A stretch of 64,000 nt of DNA from a bacterium (GCA_963675755.2 CAXXMD010000002.1:1408001-1472000); one strand, 5' to 3'. Shown: positions 51,379 to 61,356, counted from the stretch's first letter. Notes: generated by a model not told the origin, from the sequence alone. Numbers and translations: made by a program.

Positions 51379-53556
51379 TTAACGAACCACAACAAGTTTT
51401 TGGTAAGACAGTTCGCCATCAGGTTTTTCAAAAATAACGATATATACTCCACTCGCAATTACCTGCTGGCTGGAGGTAAGCATGTCCCATCTTGTCGAAC
51501 CGGCAAGAACCGGGCTTTCATGCTCGATAGTTTGTACCAGATCACCAAATTCGGTACAAATTTTAATCGTCACTTTAGGAGGAAGATTAAAAAAGATAAT
51601 TCCACGTTGATCAGTCCAACCGTATGTCAACAGCGCCGGATCATTGATGTTATAAGGATTAGGCACAATGCGAATTTTAGACAAATCGTCCTGTGAACGA
51701 CGTGGTGGATCAATCCATTGAGTTGTAGGATTATAAACACGACCGCTCCAGATGATATTACCTCTTTCACGGGGTGAAGCATTCATATCGTTTTCAGGTA
51801 CTCTTACGCCTGCCTGAACATAGTAATAATATGAAGCACCTGGCAGTACACTGGTATCCTGGAAAACATGTTCTCCATTTGATCCATTGCTGCCATCTGT
51901 AGTATAAGCAACATCAAAGAATGTAGTATCTTGATTAGAGATTTTACGCATTACACGGTAACCCGCAAAATTTTCCATTTGTTCAGCTTCAGCATCAGTC
52001 CATTTAACTTCTGCATATTCCGGAAAACCGGTAATGGTTACAGCTGGTGGTGGAGGTGACATGGGCACCATGTATTTGTGATCATAATTCCACTGTGCCT
52101 CATAGGCAGCTTTATGCAAAGAGTCAATACCAGTGCTGATCCACAGATCTTTATTGATATCATACTGATTTGCATCTACAGGGAATTTGAAATTATCTGG
52201 AAAGTATCCTGTTTCTGCATTGGGAAGATTTGCAGGAGCTTCCAGGGTTTTGTTATACCAACCGTTACCAACTTCTTTCATCTTTTCAATACCAATGCCA
52301 GATTCACCACTTGCGTATGCAATGTGCAGTGACTGGCCAGGTTCAAAAGTATAAGGACCAAATACAACATAACGTCTTGGGAAAGCACCATCGTGGCTAT
52401 GACCAACACCCATTGCATAACAATCCGGGCTGCCAAATTCATCAGTGTTCATACGATGGTATGTACCTTCATAGTTACCTTCCATTTTAAGACCATCTTC
52501 TTTACCAAAATATCCCTGCAGGTATTTTTGGTATTTTTCACCCAATGGATCATTGGGATAACCAGAAGGATCATCAATTGGCAAATTCTGAGATGTCATG
52601 GTAAAGGTTACTTTGGGTTGCATTAGATCATTAACAGAATTATCAGCAGTACCGGTAAAAGGAGCCTCTGACGCATGCAAAATGGCCCACCATTCGAAAC
52701 CAGTTTCAATCATACGGCCTTTTTGTGATACTACGGGGCCACCCATCATATCACCAGACGCGCGTGGATCATCTGCCATATACTGATAGAAAATACGCAG
52801 ACTGTCACCAGGTTTTGCACCATAGTAATGCAGCCATTCTGTCTGAGATGCCCAACCTTCATTATCATCAGGACTGGGATTAAGACCATTAGCTCTCTGA
52901 GTACCTGATTCCTGTTGCCACATAAAAATAACAAAATCATTCAGAGTCTGATCACCATTGTGGGTAAAATCAAGTTCTGTTATAATATAATCATCATGAT
53001 ATTGATTTGAAAAAGCAACAACCTTGCGGCTCAATTCAACACCATTGTCATAACGAGTTGTATAAGTAACGGATTGATCGCTGTTACCGATCATTTTTGA
53101 AGCATCTACATTACCGTACCAGTCTAGTGTAACATCTTCAAAGTTTACAACACTTTGATTGTAACCATAACGTGTGCTGCTCTCCAAAGGTACTACATTG
53201 TCACCTTCAGGTTTATCAGGAGGAGAAGGTACAAAAAGTGAATACGGAACGGTTTCACCTTCGTAATTATAATTACTGGCAGCAAGAAAGATATTACCAC
53301 CGGTGTAACATTCACCCCATTGCATATTATTACCAATGGCGTTGATATCTGCGGGGAACCATCCACTGGTAAAATCTGCTGACACATTGCCACCGCCATC
53401 ACTGGCATTTGCCCAGTAACGACCAACTTTGATCAATGTAGATTTTACAGCTGCTGTGGCTGGATCCCAAAACAACAGTGTAAATAATAACAAGATTACC
53501 ATTCCCAGACTTAACGGGGAAAATAGTAGTCTTTTATGTAAAATCTGTTTCCTCAT
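51379..53556 (-). CDS. Large secreted protein with an FN3-like module and a T9SS-type C-terminal sorting domain
   Basis: Signal peptide; FAGYRVMR and YYYYV (FN3-like); C-terminal IVPNPY...FFNLP...I.T..GDLV..IEH...WD......ASGVY...KLVVVR. Confidence 0.7.
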   Translation of the reverse strand: MRKQILHKRLLFSPLSLGMVILLLFTLLFWDPATAAVKSTLIKVGRYWANASDGGGNVSADFTSGWFPADINAIGNNMQWGECYTGGNIFLAASNYNYEGETVPYSLFVPSPPDKPEGDNVVPLESSTRYGYNQSVVNFEDVTLDWYGNVDASKMIGNSDQSVTYTTRYDNGVELSRKVVAFSNQYHDDYIITELDFTHNGDQTLNDFVIFMWQQESGTQRANGLNPSPDDNEGWASQTEWLHYYGAKPGDSLRIFYQYMADDPRASGDMMGGPVVSQKGRMIETGFEWWAILHASEAPFTGTADNSVNDLMQPKVTFTMTSQNLPIDDPSGYPNDPLGEKYQKYLQGYFGKEDGLKMEGNYEGTYHRMNTDEFGSPDCYAMGVGHSHDGAFPRRYVVFGPYTFEPGQSLHIAYASGESGIGIEKMKEVGNGWYNKTLEAPANLPNAETGYFPDNFKFPVDANQYDINKDLWISTGIDSLHKAAYEAQWNYDHKYMVPMSPPPPAVTITGFPEYAEVKWTDAEAEQMENFAGYRVMRKISNQDTTFFDVAYTTDGSNGSNGEHVFQDTSVLPGASYYYYVQAGVRVPENDMNASPRERGNIIWSGRVYNPTTQWIDPPRRSQDDLSKIRIVPNPYNINDPALLTYGWTDQRGIIFFNLPPKVTIKICTEFGDLVQTIEHESPVLAGSTRWDMLTSSQQVIASGVYIVIFEKPDGELSYQKLVVVR

Positions 53557-53605
53557 AATTGTCTCCAGTCGGTTAAAATGAAAACCAATTTACATTTCAG
53601 GTTCA

Positions 53606-56600
53606 TTAAAAGTCCACCTTTAAACCAAACCATATTTGTCTCTGTTCACCATACATCAGGAATGTTCTATCTGGATCGTTGATATATGGCTTGTCATCAG
53701 ATCGCAAATCACCGGGTTTGTCATCACCGGCAATATATTCGCCAGGATAGAGTTCACGCAGTTTATCAAACTCGGGTGAATCATACATGGGCAGATGTAA
53801 TGATCTGAGATATTTGTTAGTATCATCACCATTTGAAAATGGATAACCATAAGCCATCAGGTTGACTTTGTAATTGAATACATTGTCAACATCCATATAG
53901 AATGTAAAATTGGTATGTTTGGCGGTAAAGGTTTTGCTGAGACGCATATCGACCATGAAATAGTCAGGCCAGTTCATATTGTCTTCAAGATGAAGTTTGC
54001 TCAATGGATTCCAGGTAAAAAATTCACCTTTTCTCCAGGTGGGAAGAACACTGAGATGAAAATCGCTCAGTACATGATAACCCGCAACTTGAGGACCGAA
54101 TTCAGCAGGAGTATGGAAAATAACATTTGCTGTAAAATCAGGTTGTGGTTTTGGACGAGATTCATCACCCTGGTACAAACCTTCCTGATCACTCATTACA
54201 TTATCTTCGGTAATCATACTACGACCGGTAGTACCGCTTTTAGTGATCATATAACGGAAATTCAACCAACCAGAAATCCAGGTACCTGTCTGTTTGGTAA
54301 TGGTTAATTCAACACCTTGAATATCTTCATAATTATTGTTTGCTCTGTAATCATAATTCAACAAACCAGAGGTATCTCTGTAATTGATATCACCATGTTG
54401 ACCGGTAATATCTTTATAAAAACCAGCCACATGAACCAAATACTGATCTACCAGATTATAATCTACACCCAATTCATAAGCAATAGTTCTGGGTGGTTCA
54501 AGATTGGGATTACCCAATTCTTCCAAATTATTTTTACTTGAATTACGATAATGGTTCAAGAACATTTTTGAATAAGGAACAGTTGAACGAAAATGTCCAT
54601 AGTTAAAATAGATTTTAGAACGGTCAGTTACTGGAAAAGAAACACCTAAACGTGGACTAATTGAGAGTTGATTCTCAATATCTTTGAACAATTCAGGATG
54701 ATCTTGAGCATATTCTTCCAATTGTGCCCAAATATGTGATTCACGATCTTGCAACATACCGATCAAAGTATCAGAATCTCTTACTTCCCAGGCTTCTGTA
54801 GCAAACAGATCACCATCAGGCCATTGGCCGCCGCCAGCGTTGTAATAATCCATACGCAAACCAATATTTGCAACCATACCTTCAAAAGTCAGTTGATCTT
54901 GAATATATGCACCAAACTGTTTGGGTTTTCTATGATATGCAAATTCAAAAGTATTGTTTACATACGCAGGTCTTTCTTTCCACTGGAACATATCAATATC
55001 AAAATAATTATATTCAATACCGGTTTTCAGATAGTTGTGATCTGTAACCTGGCTGCCCAAATGAAATTTAACACGGTATTGTTGTTCTTTAGAATCATCA
55101 TACAAGTTACCACCTTTGTTACCAAAACGTTCAGTAACACCTGGCAACTGTTCATAATAATTCCATTCCCAATCTTCTACATAATAACTGCTTTCAGCAG
55201 AGTAACGACCATAAGGCATCTCAGTAACTGAAATTGGGCCGAAACGTGCTTTAACATCGGTATTACGGGTATCTTCGGGATAAGATTTATTATTACTAGC
55301 CATGTAACTCATTGTTAATTCCCAAAAAGTTTTGGGGCTGATAACATGGTTCAAAGTAATACCACCCATTTTGGTGTAAACATCCATTGCAGTATAATAA
55401 GTGGGATACAACCAGTAAGCAGTTCCATCACCTACCCAGGTGTCAAGATTGTTAATTCTCATCAAACCACCACGACCATCTCCACTAGGAACATCGCCAG
55501 CAGCAGAACGGCTTGGGCTTACACCCGCAATCTTGCGATAAAAGCCATTGGCTTTTAAAGACAAGTTGTCAGTAATATTGGATTTTACTGTCAACATAGT
55601 CATGGTAGTAAATTCATTATCACGAATAACGGGTTGAGTATAGTAGTATTTTGAAGTCTGGTTAGACAAATAAAAAGTAGCATTTCCCAACGCTTTACCT
55701 ACCAGTGGAACGGGACCACCAAAACCAGCGTCAAACTGATAATCTGAAGAAGAACCTTCTTCATCGTGTGCATGATCAATTAAAGCTTGTTGCAGATTAG
55801 AAGGAACTTCATAACCTGCTGCACTTAATGCAGAAAAATCGGGTACAGCCTGGAACATCCACGCAGATGCCAAGTATAAATCAAGAGGAGTAACTTGGTC
55901 AGCAGGATCTTTACCAGCATTATAACTTTCTGCTTGCGCGTTCCATCCGCTGAATGTACGGAATTGTTCTTGCATATAATCATCACCGGCCCATCCTGCA
56001 GCAGTACCGACAAATGCTACCTGAGGATCAAAATAAGAACGGAGCAGCCAGTTATTTGTATCATAAGCAGATTGGCCAAACCGTTTGGGAGAACCGGTTG
56101 ACATAGAATAATTCAATTGTCCATGATATTGTGGAGAGCCATCCTTGGTTACTACGTTGATCAGACCGGAACGAAAGTTACCATACTCTGCGTTAAAACC
56201 ACCGGTCAAAACAGATACCTGCTCAATTGCGCTGAGCGGTATAGTGGATTGTGCGTTACCCAAGGTAGCGTCAACAAATGTTAATCCATTGATCATGGTA
56301 CCGGTCTGGTCAGCTGAACCTCCACGAATTCCCAAGTTTTCAGCATCTGTAATACCAGCCTGTTTTGACAAAAAATCGCCAACAGAACGAACACCTGCGG
56401 CATCTTCAATCAGATCACCGGTAATTACTTGTTGACTGTTGGATACGTCTTTTTGAAGGATTTGACGATCAGCAACAACGGTTACTTCCTGCCCCTCAAT
56501 AACGGCAGTCTGTAAATCGAAATTTACTGTACGAACTTGGTCAAGAGAAATTAAAACATTTGTTTTGATTAATTTTGTATACCCCATCATTGATGCTTCA

Positions 56601-56845
56601 AGATTGTAGGTGCCAACCGGAATATTCACAATTGTAAAACGACCTTCAATATTGGTTGCAGCCCCCATCATGGTGCCTTGAATGGTAACATTTACTCCAG
56701 GTAATGCTTCCTGGGTTTCAGCATCCCGAACGATACCAGCAAGTCTACCGGTTGTTTGGGCATGCAAAGAGAAAGAAATCAGCAGCAATAGAAATACTGA
56801 AGCCAATTTCATTTGAAAATGTTTGGAAATTAATCGAGTTATCAT
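53606..56845 (-). CDS. TonB-dependent receptor with an N-terminal carboxypeptidase-regulatory-like domain
   Basis: G.V.DAET.EALPGVNV, IRGG, GGFNAEYGN..SG.INVVTKDG plug, SPRLG.SFP, YFNYGHF, GNPNLEP..T..YELG and terminal F. RBS AAGGAG lies before ATG 56845. Confidence 0.92.
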   Translation of the reverse strand: MITRLISKHFQMKLASVFLLLLISFSLHAQTTGRLAGIVRDAETQEALPGVNVTIQGTMMGAATNIEGRFTIVNIPVGTYNLEASMMGYTKLIKTNVLISLDQVRTVNFDLQTAVIEGQEVTVVADRQILQKDVSNSQQVITGDLIEDAAGVRSVGDFLSKQAGITDAENLGIRGGSADQTGTMINGLTFVDATLGNAQSTIPLSAIEQVSVLTGGFNAEYGNFRSGLINVVTKDGSPQYHGQLNYSMSTGSPKRFGQSAYDTNNWLLRSYFDPQVAFVGTAAGWAGDDYMQEQFRTFSGWNAQAESYNAGKDPADQVTPLDLYLASAWMFQAVPDFSALSAAGYEVPSNLQQALIDHAHDEEGSSSDYQFDAGFGGPVPLVGKALGNATFYLSNQTSKYYYTQPVIRDNEFTTMTMLTVKSNITDNLSLKANGFYRKIAGVSPSRSAAGDVPSGDGRGGLMRINNLDTWVGDGTAYWLYPTYYTAMDVYTKMGGITLNHVISPKTFWELTMSYMASNNKSYPEDTRNTDVKARFGPISVTEMPYGRYSAESSYYVEDWEWNYYEQLPGVTERFGNKGGNLYDDSKEQQYRVKFHLGSQVTDHNYLKTGIEYNYFDIDMFQWKERPAYVNNTFEFAYHRKPKQFGAYIQDQLTFEGMVANIGLRMDYYNAGGGQWPDGDLFATEAWEVRDSDTLIGMLQDRESHIWAQLEEYAQDHPELFKDIENQLSISPRLGVSFPVTDRSKIYFNYGHFRSTVPYSKMFLNHYRNSSKNNLEELGNPNLEPPRTIAYELGVDYNLVDQYLVHVAGFYKDITGQHGDINYRDTSGLLNYDYRANNNYEDIQGVELTITKQTGTWISGWLNFRYMITKSGTTGRSMITEDNVMSDQEGLYQGDESRPKPQPDFTANVIFHTPAEFGPQVAGYHVLSDFHLSVLPTWRKGEFFTWNPLSKLHLEDNMNWPDYFMVDMRLSKTFTAKHTNFTFYMDVDNVFNYKVNLMAYGYPFSNGDDTNKYLRSLHLPMYDSPEFDKLRELYPGEYIAGDDKPGDLRSDDKPYINDPDRTFLMYGEQRQIWFGLKVDF

Positions 56846-57016
56846 TCCCATCTCCTTTTAATTATTGTCAAAATGGATTATTTGTTGCATGCATGTAATG
56901 TTGAAAATCACCTCCTTTTGCTATTTTATTTTTTACATTGTTAGGTTTAACTGCTGTTGCTGCCTTCCTTTTCAGCAACAACAATTAATATATGTAGAAT
57001 AAATACTGCCTTAGCT

Positions 57017-57046
57017 AATCCTGCTCCTAAAATCAGGAGCAGGATT
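57017..57046. other. Perfect 12-bp stem-loop in the TBDR upstream region
   Basis: AATCCTGCTCCT-AAAATC-AGGAGCAGGATT. Confidence 0.6.
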
Positions 57047-57217
57047 TAGGGTAAAGGAGACGTTCAACTGCCACGAGAAATGATAATTGGGTAGTATTAT
57101 CCAAATGACAACTTAAACGTTATAGTTGGAATTTTGTATTTTTTAGGGATATTATCAACGCCAGATCACGTATTTCTTTCACCAAAATGCGCATTGATAA
57201 ATGAGGGGAAATTTGGT

Positions 57218-57261
57218 AAAAAAAGAAATATGTGCGATAAAATTAATTACCGCACATATTT
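57218..57261 (-). terminator. Probable terminator after the XylR-type gene (or a palindromic operator)
   Basis: Inverted repeat AAATATGTGCG-N14-CGCACATATTT followed by a T-run on the minus strand. Confidence 0.5.
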
Positions 57262-57391
57262 TGCATTTTAACATAACATGTTAATTATATTGAAAATAGA
57301 TTACAATGGCCCAAAACTAGAATAAAACTAAAAAAACAACTGAATATTTATTCAGTTCCATGTTTTACCAATTTGCGCACACATGAAAATT

Positions 57392-58564
57392 TTACATTTT
57401 TTTACAAGTGTGCTCTTTTCTAAATTCCAGAGGAGTCATTCCCACCATATCTCGAAAATATCGAGAAATATGAGCTACATCCGGAAAATCCAGATAACTG
57501 GCTATTTCTGTTATCGTCATATCAGATTCTACTAACAATTTTCGTATTCGCAAAATACGGGCTTGTTTTATTTCAAAATGCACTGATCTGTCAAGTTCAC
57601 GTCGGAATTTTTTTTCAAGTTGCCGCCTTGATATAGCTACAGCACGTGCCACCTGGTCCACTTTAAGTGCCTGTTGGTTATGCTGGTGTATATATTTAAC
57701 TGCCTGTGCTACTGTCTCATCCTGTACTGTCAGGATATTTGATGATTGCCGGACAATAACTTTGACCGGCTGTATTGATACAAGATTATCTTCATCTTTT
57801 TTTCCATTAATCCAGTTGGCTAGTTTTTGAGCAGCTTCATACCCGGATTTTTCCAAATCAAGTTGAATACTGGATATAGGTGGATACGATGTGTCACAAA
57901 GGGTTATATCGTTCCCAACACCCAAGATTGCAATATCGTCTGGCACACGCATTCCGGCAATCTTGGAAGCCTCAACAAGCTGTGCTGCTCTGTCATCATT
58001 ACATGCCATAATAGCTATCGGCTTTGGTAATGTTTCTAACCACTGCGCAATCAATGTTGGTTCTTCAAACCATGCAGCATGACTGTTATTTAACGGGGGT
58101 GTATAAAAACGGATATCATATCCGGCATCAATTACGGTTTGTGAAAAACCCAATTCCCGCTCCAGAGACCACCACCAATCATTAAAACCACAAAAAGCAA
58201 AATGCCTGAAACCACGTTCCAGCATATGCTTTGCACCCATTTCGCCAATGGCTTTATGATCTGCAACAATATTAATTACATCATTAATCTTTCGTTTAGA
58301 GTAAGGAGCACTAATAATAGGAATACCTGATTTTATATACTCTTCAAGATTCTCGGGTTCACGCAGAAAAACGCCCTGAACCATTTTCGAATGGATCATA
58401 TCCATTAATTGTGCATTTCTTCCGGTATTACGATAATCAAAAGACCGACATATGGCCCAATCGTGCGCAGAGGATTTAGCATACTCGGTAAATCCTTGTA
58501 TCAATCCAAATGTATATTTTCTCTTGGGTTGAATTAACAATAAAATATTTTTTAAATTTTCCAT
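57392..58564 (-). CDS. XylR-type regulator (periplasmic-binding-like sensor plus AraC HTH)
   Basis: D..AIG.M.A.H..ERGFRHFAF, LPKP.AIMACND, VPDDIAILGV.ND and RQSS; C-terminal SRRQLEKKF...LL..SD..ITEIA..L.F....HISRYF...GMTP.EFR. Confidence 0.92.
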   Translation of the reverse strand: MENLKNILLLIQPKRKYTFGLIQGFTEYAKSSAHDWAICRSFDYRNTGRNAQLMDMIHSKMVQGVFLREPENLEEYIKSGIPIISAPYSKRKINDVINIVADHKAIGEMGAKHMLERGFRHFAFCGFNDWWWSLERELGFSQTVIDAGYDIRFYTPPLNNSHAAWFEEPTLIAQWLETLPKPIAIMACNDDRAAQLVEASKIAGMRVPDDIAILGVGNDITLCDTSYPPISSIQLDLEKSGYEAAQKLANWINGKKDEDNLVSIQPVKVIVRQSSNILTVQDETVAQAVKYIHQHNQQALKVDQVARAVAISRRQLEKKFRRELDRSVHFEIKQARILRIRKLLVESDMTITEIASYLDFPDVAHISRYFRDMVGMTPLEFRKEHTCKKM

Positions 58565-58597
58565 AATCGTTCTGCTTTAATTGTTCTAGAAAACATT

Positions 58598-60151
58598 TTA
58601 AATATCCAAAGTTATTGATGTTAACTCTAACTGTCTGTCAACCAATTTTTTATCAACATAAATAGACAATCCTTTCCCGTGTTCGTATTTTTTTCCAGAT
58701 TCATCCCAAATAATTGTCAAATTATGACCTCTAACCTTAACATTGTCCAGACAAAACCAAGCCCACTGTTTTTCAGGAACAAGTGGTGAAATCTTAACAT
58801 GCCCATCTTTTTGAGCTTGTAAACCAACAAGCCCGGATATAATCAAATCACAAAAAGTTGAATGATTGTAAAAGATACTTCGAGGGTTATCTCCCTTTAA
58901 CCACTCTCCGGTGGTTTCATCCTGGTATTCCCCAATATAAGGATAACCATTTTTCTGATGCGAATGGGCATAAAGTTTTAAAGCATCAAAATAATGTTTT
59001 TTTAACATTGAATGGTTTTTGTAATGATGCAACAAATTAGACAATCCATTCAAAGTTTGAGAGGTTGCAAATGGCCAAATAGCCCCATCCCATTCACAAC
59101 TTCCTGTTCCGTGAGTTCTAAACTGAGGGTGCCTCATCTCGGCGGTTGTCAACCCCCATGGTGCAGCAAAACCCTGTTTATCCAAAATCTGGTTCCATGC
59201 CTGCGCATACAGCTGTTCATCATAAGGCAGATCAAACATCCAGGGAATGTAACCAATCTCTTCTCTTGCATCAGACAAGGAACCATCCGTAAAACGGACT
59301 TTGAAAAAATGCGCATTAGAATCCCAAAGTTTATCATGAACCCATTTTCTCAGATGCTCTGCCCTTTGCTCAAAATCAGATACTATTTCATCACGACCTG
59401 CTAATCGTCCAATTTCAGCAATGGCTAAAGCATTGGCATACATATAGCTATTGATTGTAGGACGTGCATTCTGTTGTTTTCGTGACCCGCTAATAGATTC
59501 TTCCATGCCATCTTTAACATCATGCTGCCAAAACAACCCCGAATCCAGTTGACGTTCATGTTCCCAACGTTCATAGTCTTTAATAAAATCATCCAATAAA
59601 TCAACTACAAAACTCGTATCACCATTCACTAAAAACCGTTGATAGATCGCATCAGGAGCCCAACTGCTAAATTGGTGAATATGTTCCTGGGGACCATTAT
59701 TATTTTTTCTGAACCAGAATTGGATATATTGATCAATATACTGGTCATCCATTAACCATCTGCCTTCTGCAATGTGGTGCCCTAACGCACAACTAATTGT
59801 ATTATACTTGCCGGCATGTTTGACAGGGGTAATAAATTCCGTAAATACAAATCCATCTGGAGTTTGTTTGAGATGTTTTCTAAATGTCCACCAGCGGTAA
59901 TAATAAATCTTTTCTAATTCTTTATCAGGACATTCAAACAAGGGGATATTTTGACCAAGCCAGGTTTTGGCATTGGCATCAGGAATGAAATTGACTACTG
60001 CTTCTGTGTTATTTTCATTAAATTCATGAATATATTGGAAAAAAATAGAGGAATCCAGTACAGAGCCCGACAACTCTGCAGACTCTTTAACTTGAGTGCA
60101 AGAAGTAAAAGGAAAAAAGAAAACTATCAAGATCATCCAAACAAACCGCAT
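58598..60151 (-). CDS. GH142 beta-L-arabinofuranosidase (BT1020 C-terminal-like), lipoprotein
   Basis: NIPLFECP...E..YYYRWW..RKH, CALGHHI.E.RW, WQ.DV.DGMEESISG.R....RPTINSYMY, REEIGYIPW, CEWDGAIWPFA and YNHSTF.DL match the recalled C-terminal half of BT1020. Confidence 0.82.
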   Translation of the reverse strand: MRFVWMILIVFFFPFTSCTQVKESAELSGSVLDSSIFFQYIHEFNENNTEAVVNFIPDANAKTWLGQNIPLFECPDKELEKIYYYRWWTFRKHLKQTPDGFVFTEFITPVKHAGKYNTISCALGHHIAEGRWLMDDQYIDQYIQFWFRKNNNGPQEHIHQFSSWAPDAIYQRFLVNGDTSFVVDLLDDFIKDYERWEHERQLDSGLFWQHDVKDGMEESISGSRKQQNARPTINSYMYANALAIAEIGRLAGRDEIVSDFEQRAEHLRKWVHDKLWDSNAHFFKVRFTDGSLSDAREEIGYIPWMFDLPYDEQLYAQAWNQILDKQGFAAPWGLTTAEMRHPQFRTHGTGSCEWDGAIWPFATSQTLNGLSNLLHHYKNHSMLKKHYFDALKLYAHSHQKNGYPYIGEYQDETTGEWLKGDNPRSIFYNHSTFCDLIISGLVGLQAQKDGHVKISPLVPEKQWAWFCLDNVKVRGHNLTIIWDESGKKYEHGKGLSIYVDKKLVDRQLELTSITLDI

Positions 60152-60168
60152 AATCTTTTCCTACTTAA

Positions 60169-61170
60169 TTATGACCCACAAGAACGGCGAATCACAAGCT
60201 TGGTTTTTAATACGACATGGACCGTTGGGCGGTCATTATTCTCAATACGCTGAAATAACATTTCAGCTGCCCGCCTGCCAATTTCATAACCCGGTTGGCT
60301 AACAGCGGTTAAAGGTGGATTTAGAGAATTTGCCCAATACATATCATCAAATCCCACAATCGCGATATCATTGGGTATATTTAAATTTAATTGATGTATA
60401 CTCTCAAACGCTCCCAAAGTTAACAGGTTATTACCTGTAAACAAAGCCGTGGGAGGATTTTTCATCTGTAGTAATTCTATGGTTAACTGTTGTCCACTGT
60501 CACGTTTGGAATCGCTGAATTTTACCAGCGTTTCATCATAATCAATACCATAATCCTGCAGAGCCTGTTTATATCCATCCAAACGCTGCCTGCTTGTTGG
60601 TATACGAATTAATCCGGATATAAACCCAATATGTTTATGACCAAGATCAATCAATAATTTTGTTGCATCATATGCACCTTTAAAATTATCAACAACAACG
60701 GCATCTACATCAATATCATTCATCCCCCTGTCAACACAGACAATGGGCAAGCCACGTTTTACAAGTTCAATTATGGTTTCGTCATGTTCATCAAGTGGGG
60801 CTGCAATGAGCCCATCAACAGATTCGGATTTGAGGATATCAAGATAAAGTTTTTCTCGTTTTTCATTTTGAGAAAAATTACTTGCCAAAACAGCATATTC
60901 ATTATCATAAGCTGTATCTTCAATACCTTGTAAAACATCAATATAAAATGGATTTTGAATATCAGGAATTACAATACCAATAATATTACTTTTCTTTTGT
61001 TGATGTCGAAGACGTTGCGCGGTACGACTGGGGATATAATTAAGAGATTGTATTACTTTTTCAACTTTTTTACGGGTTTCAATACTTACACTGGTATCAT
61101 TGTTCAAAACACGTGATACAGTAGCAGTTGAAACACCAGCTTTATAAGCTACATCCCTTAATTTGACCAT
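60169..61170 (-). CDS. LacI-family transcriptional regulator
   Basis: HTH LRDVA..AGVSTATVSRVLN; IPDIQNPF, DN..GA, PTALF..NN, IVGFDD and PPLT.V.QP. Confidence 0.95.
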   Translation of the reverse strand: MVKLRDVAYKAGVSTATVSRVLNNDTSVSIETRKKVEKVIQSLNYIPSRTAQRLRHQQKKSNIIGIVIPDIQNPFYIDVLQGIEDTAYDNEYAVLASNFSQNEKREKLYLDILKSESVDGLIAAPLDEHDETIIELVKRGLPIVCVDRGMNDIDVDAVVVDNFKGAYDATKLLIDLGHKHIGFISGLIRIPTSRQRLDGYKQALQDYGIDYDETLVKFSDSKRDSGQQLTIELLQMKNPPTALFTGNNLLTLGAFESIHQLNLNIPNDIAIVGFDDMYWANSLNPPLTAVSQPGYEIGRRAAEMLFQRIENNDRPTVHVVLKTKLVIRRSCGS

Positions 61171-61173
61171 ATC

Positions 61174-61187
61174 TGATATCGATTACA
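61174..61187. promoter_or_regulatory. Candidate LacI-family autoregulatory operator
   Basis: Near-palindrome TGATATCGATTACA with central CG, 4-17 nt upstream of the lacI-family start codon. Confidence 0.4.
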
Positions 61188-61356
61188 TCATGTTTTTATT
61201 GCAATTAAAGTGAAATAGGTTAAAATAAATGAAATTGTTTACATTATAATTTACATTATTTCTAATAGAAATCAAGTAAAAAATATAATAGTCAGTTTTT
61301 AATGGGAGAATTTTAACTGGTTTGTTTTGGTGAGGCAATGATAACAGACCTGAAAC

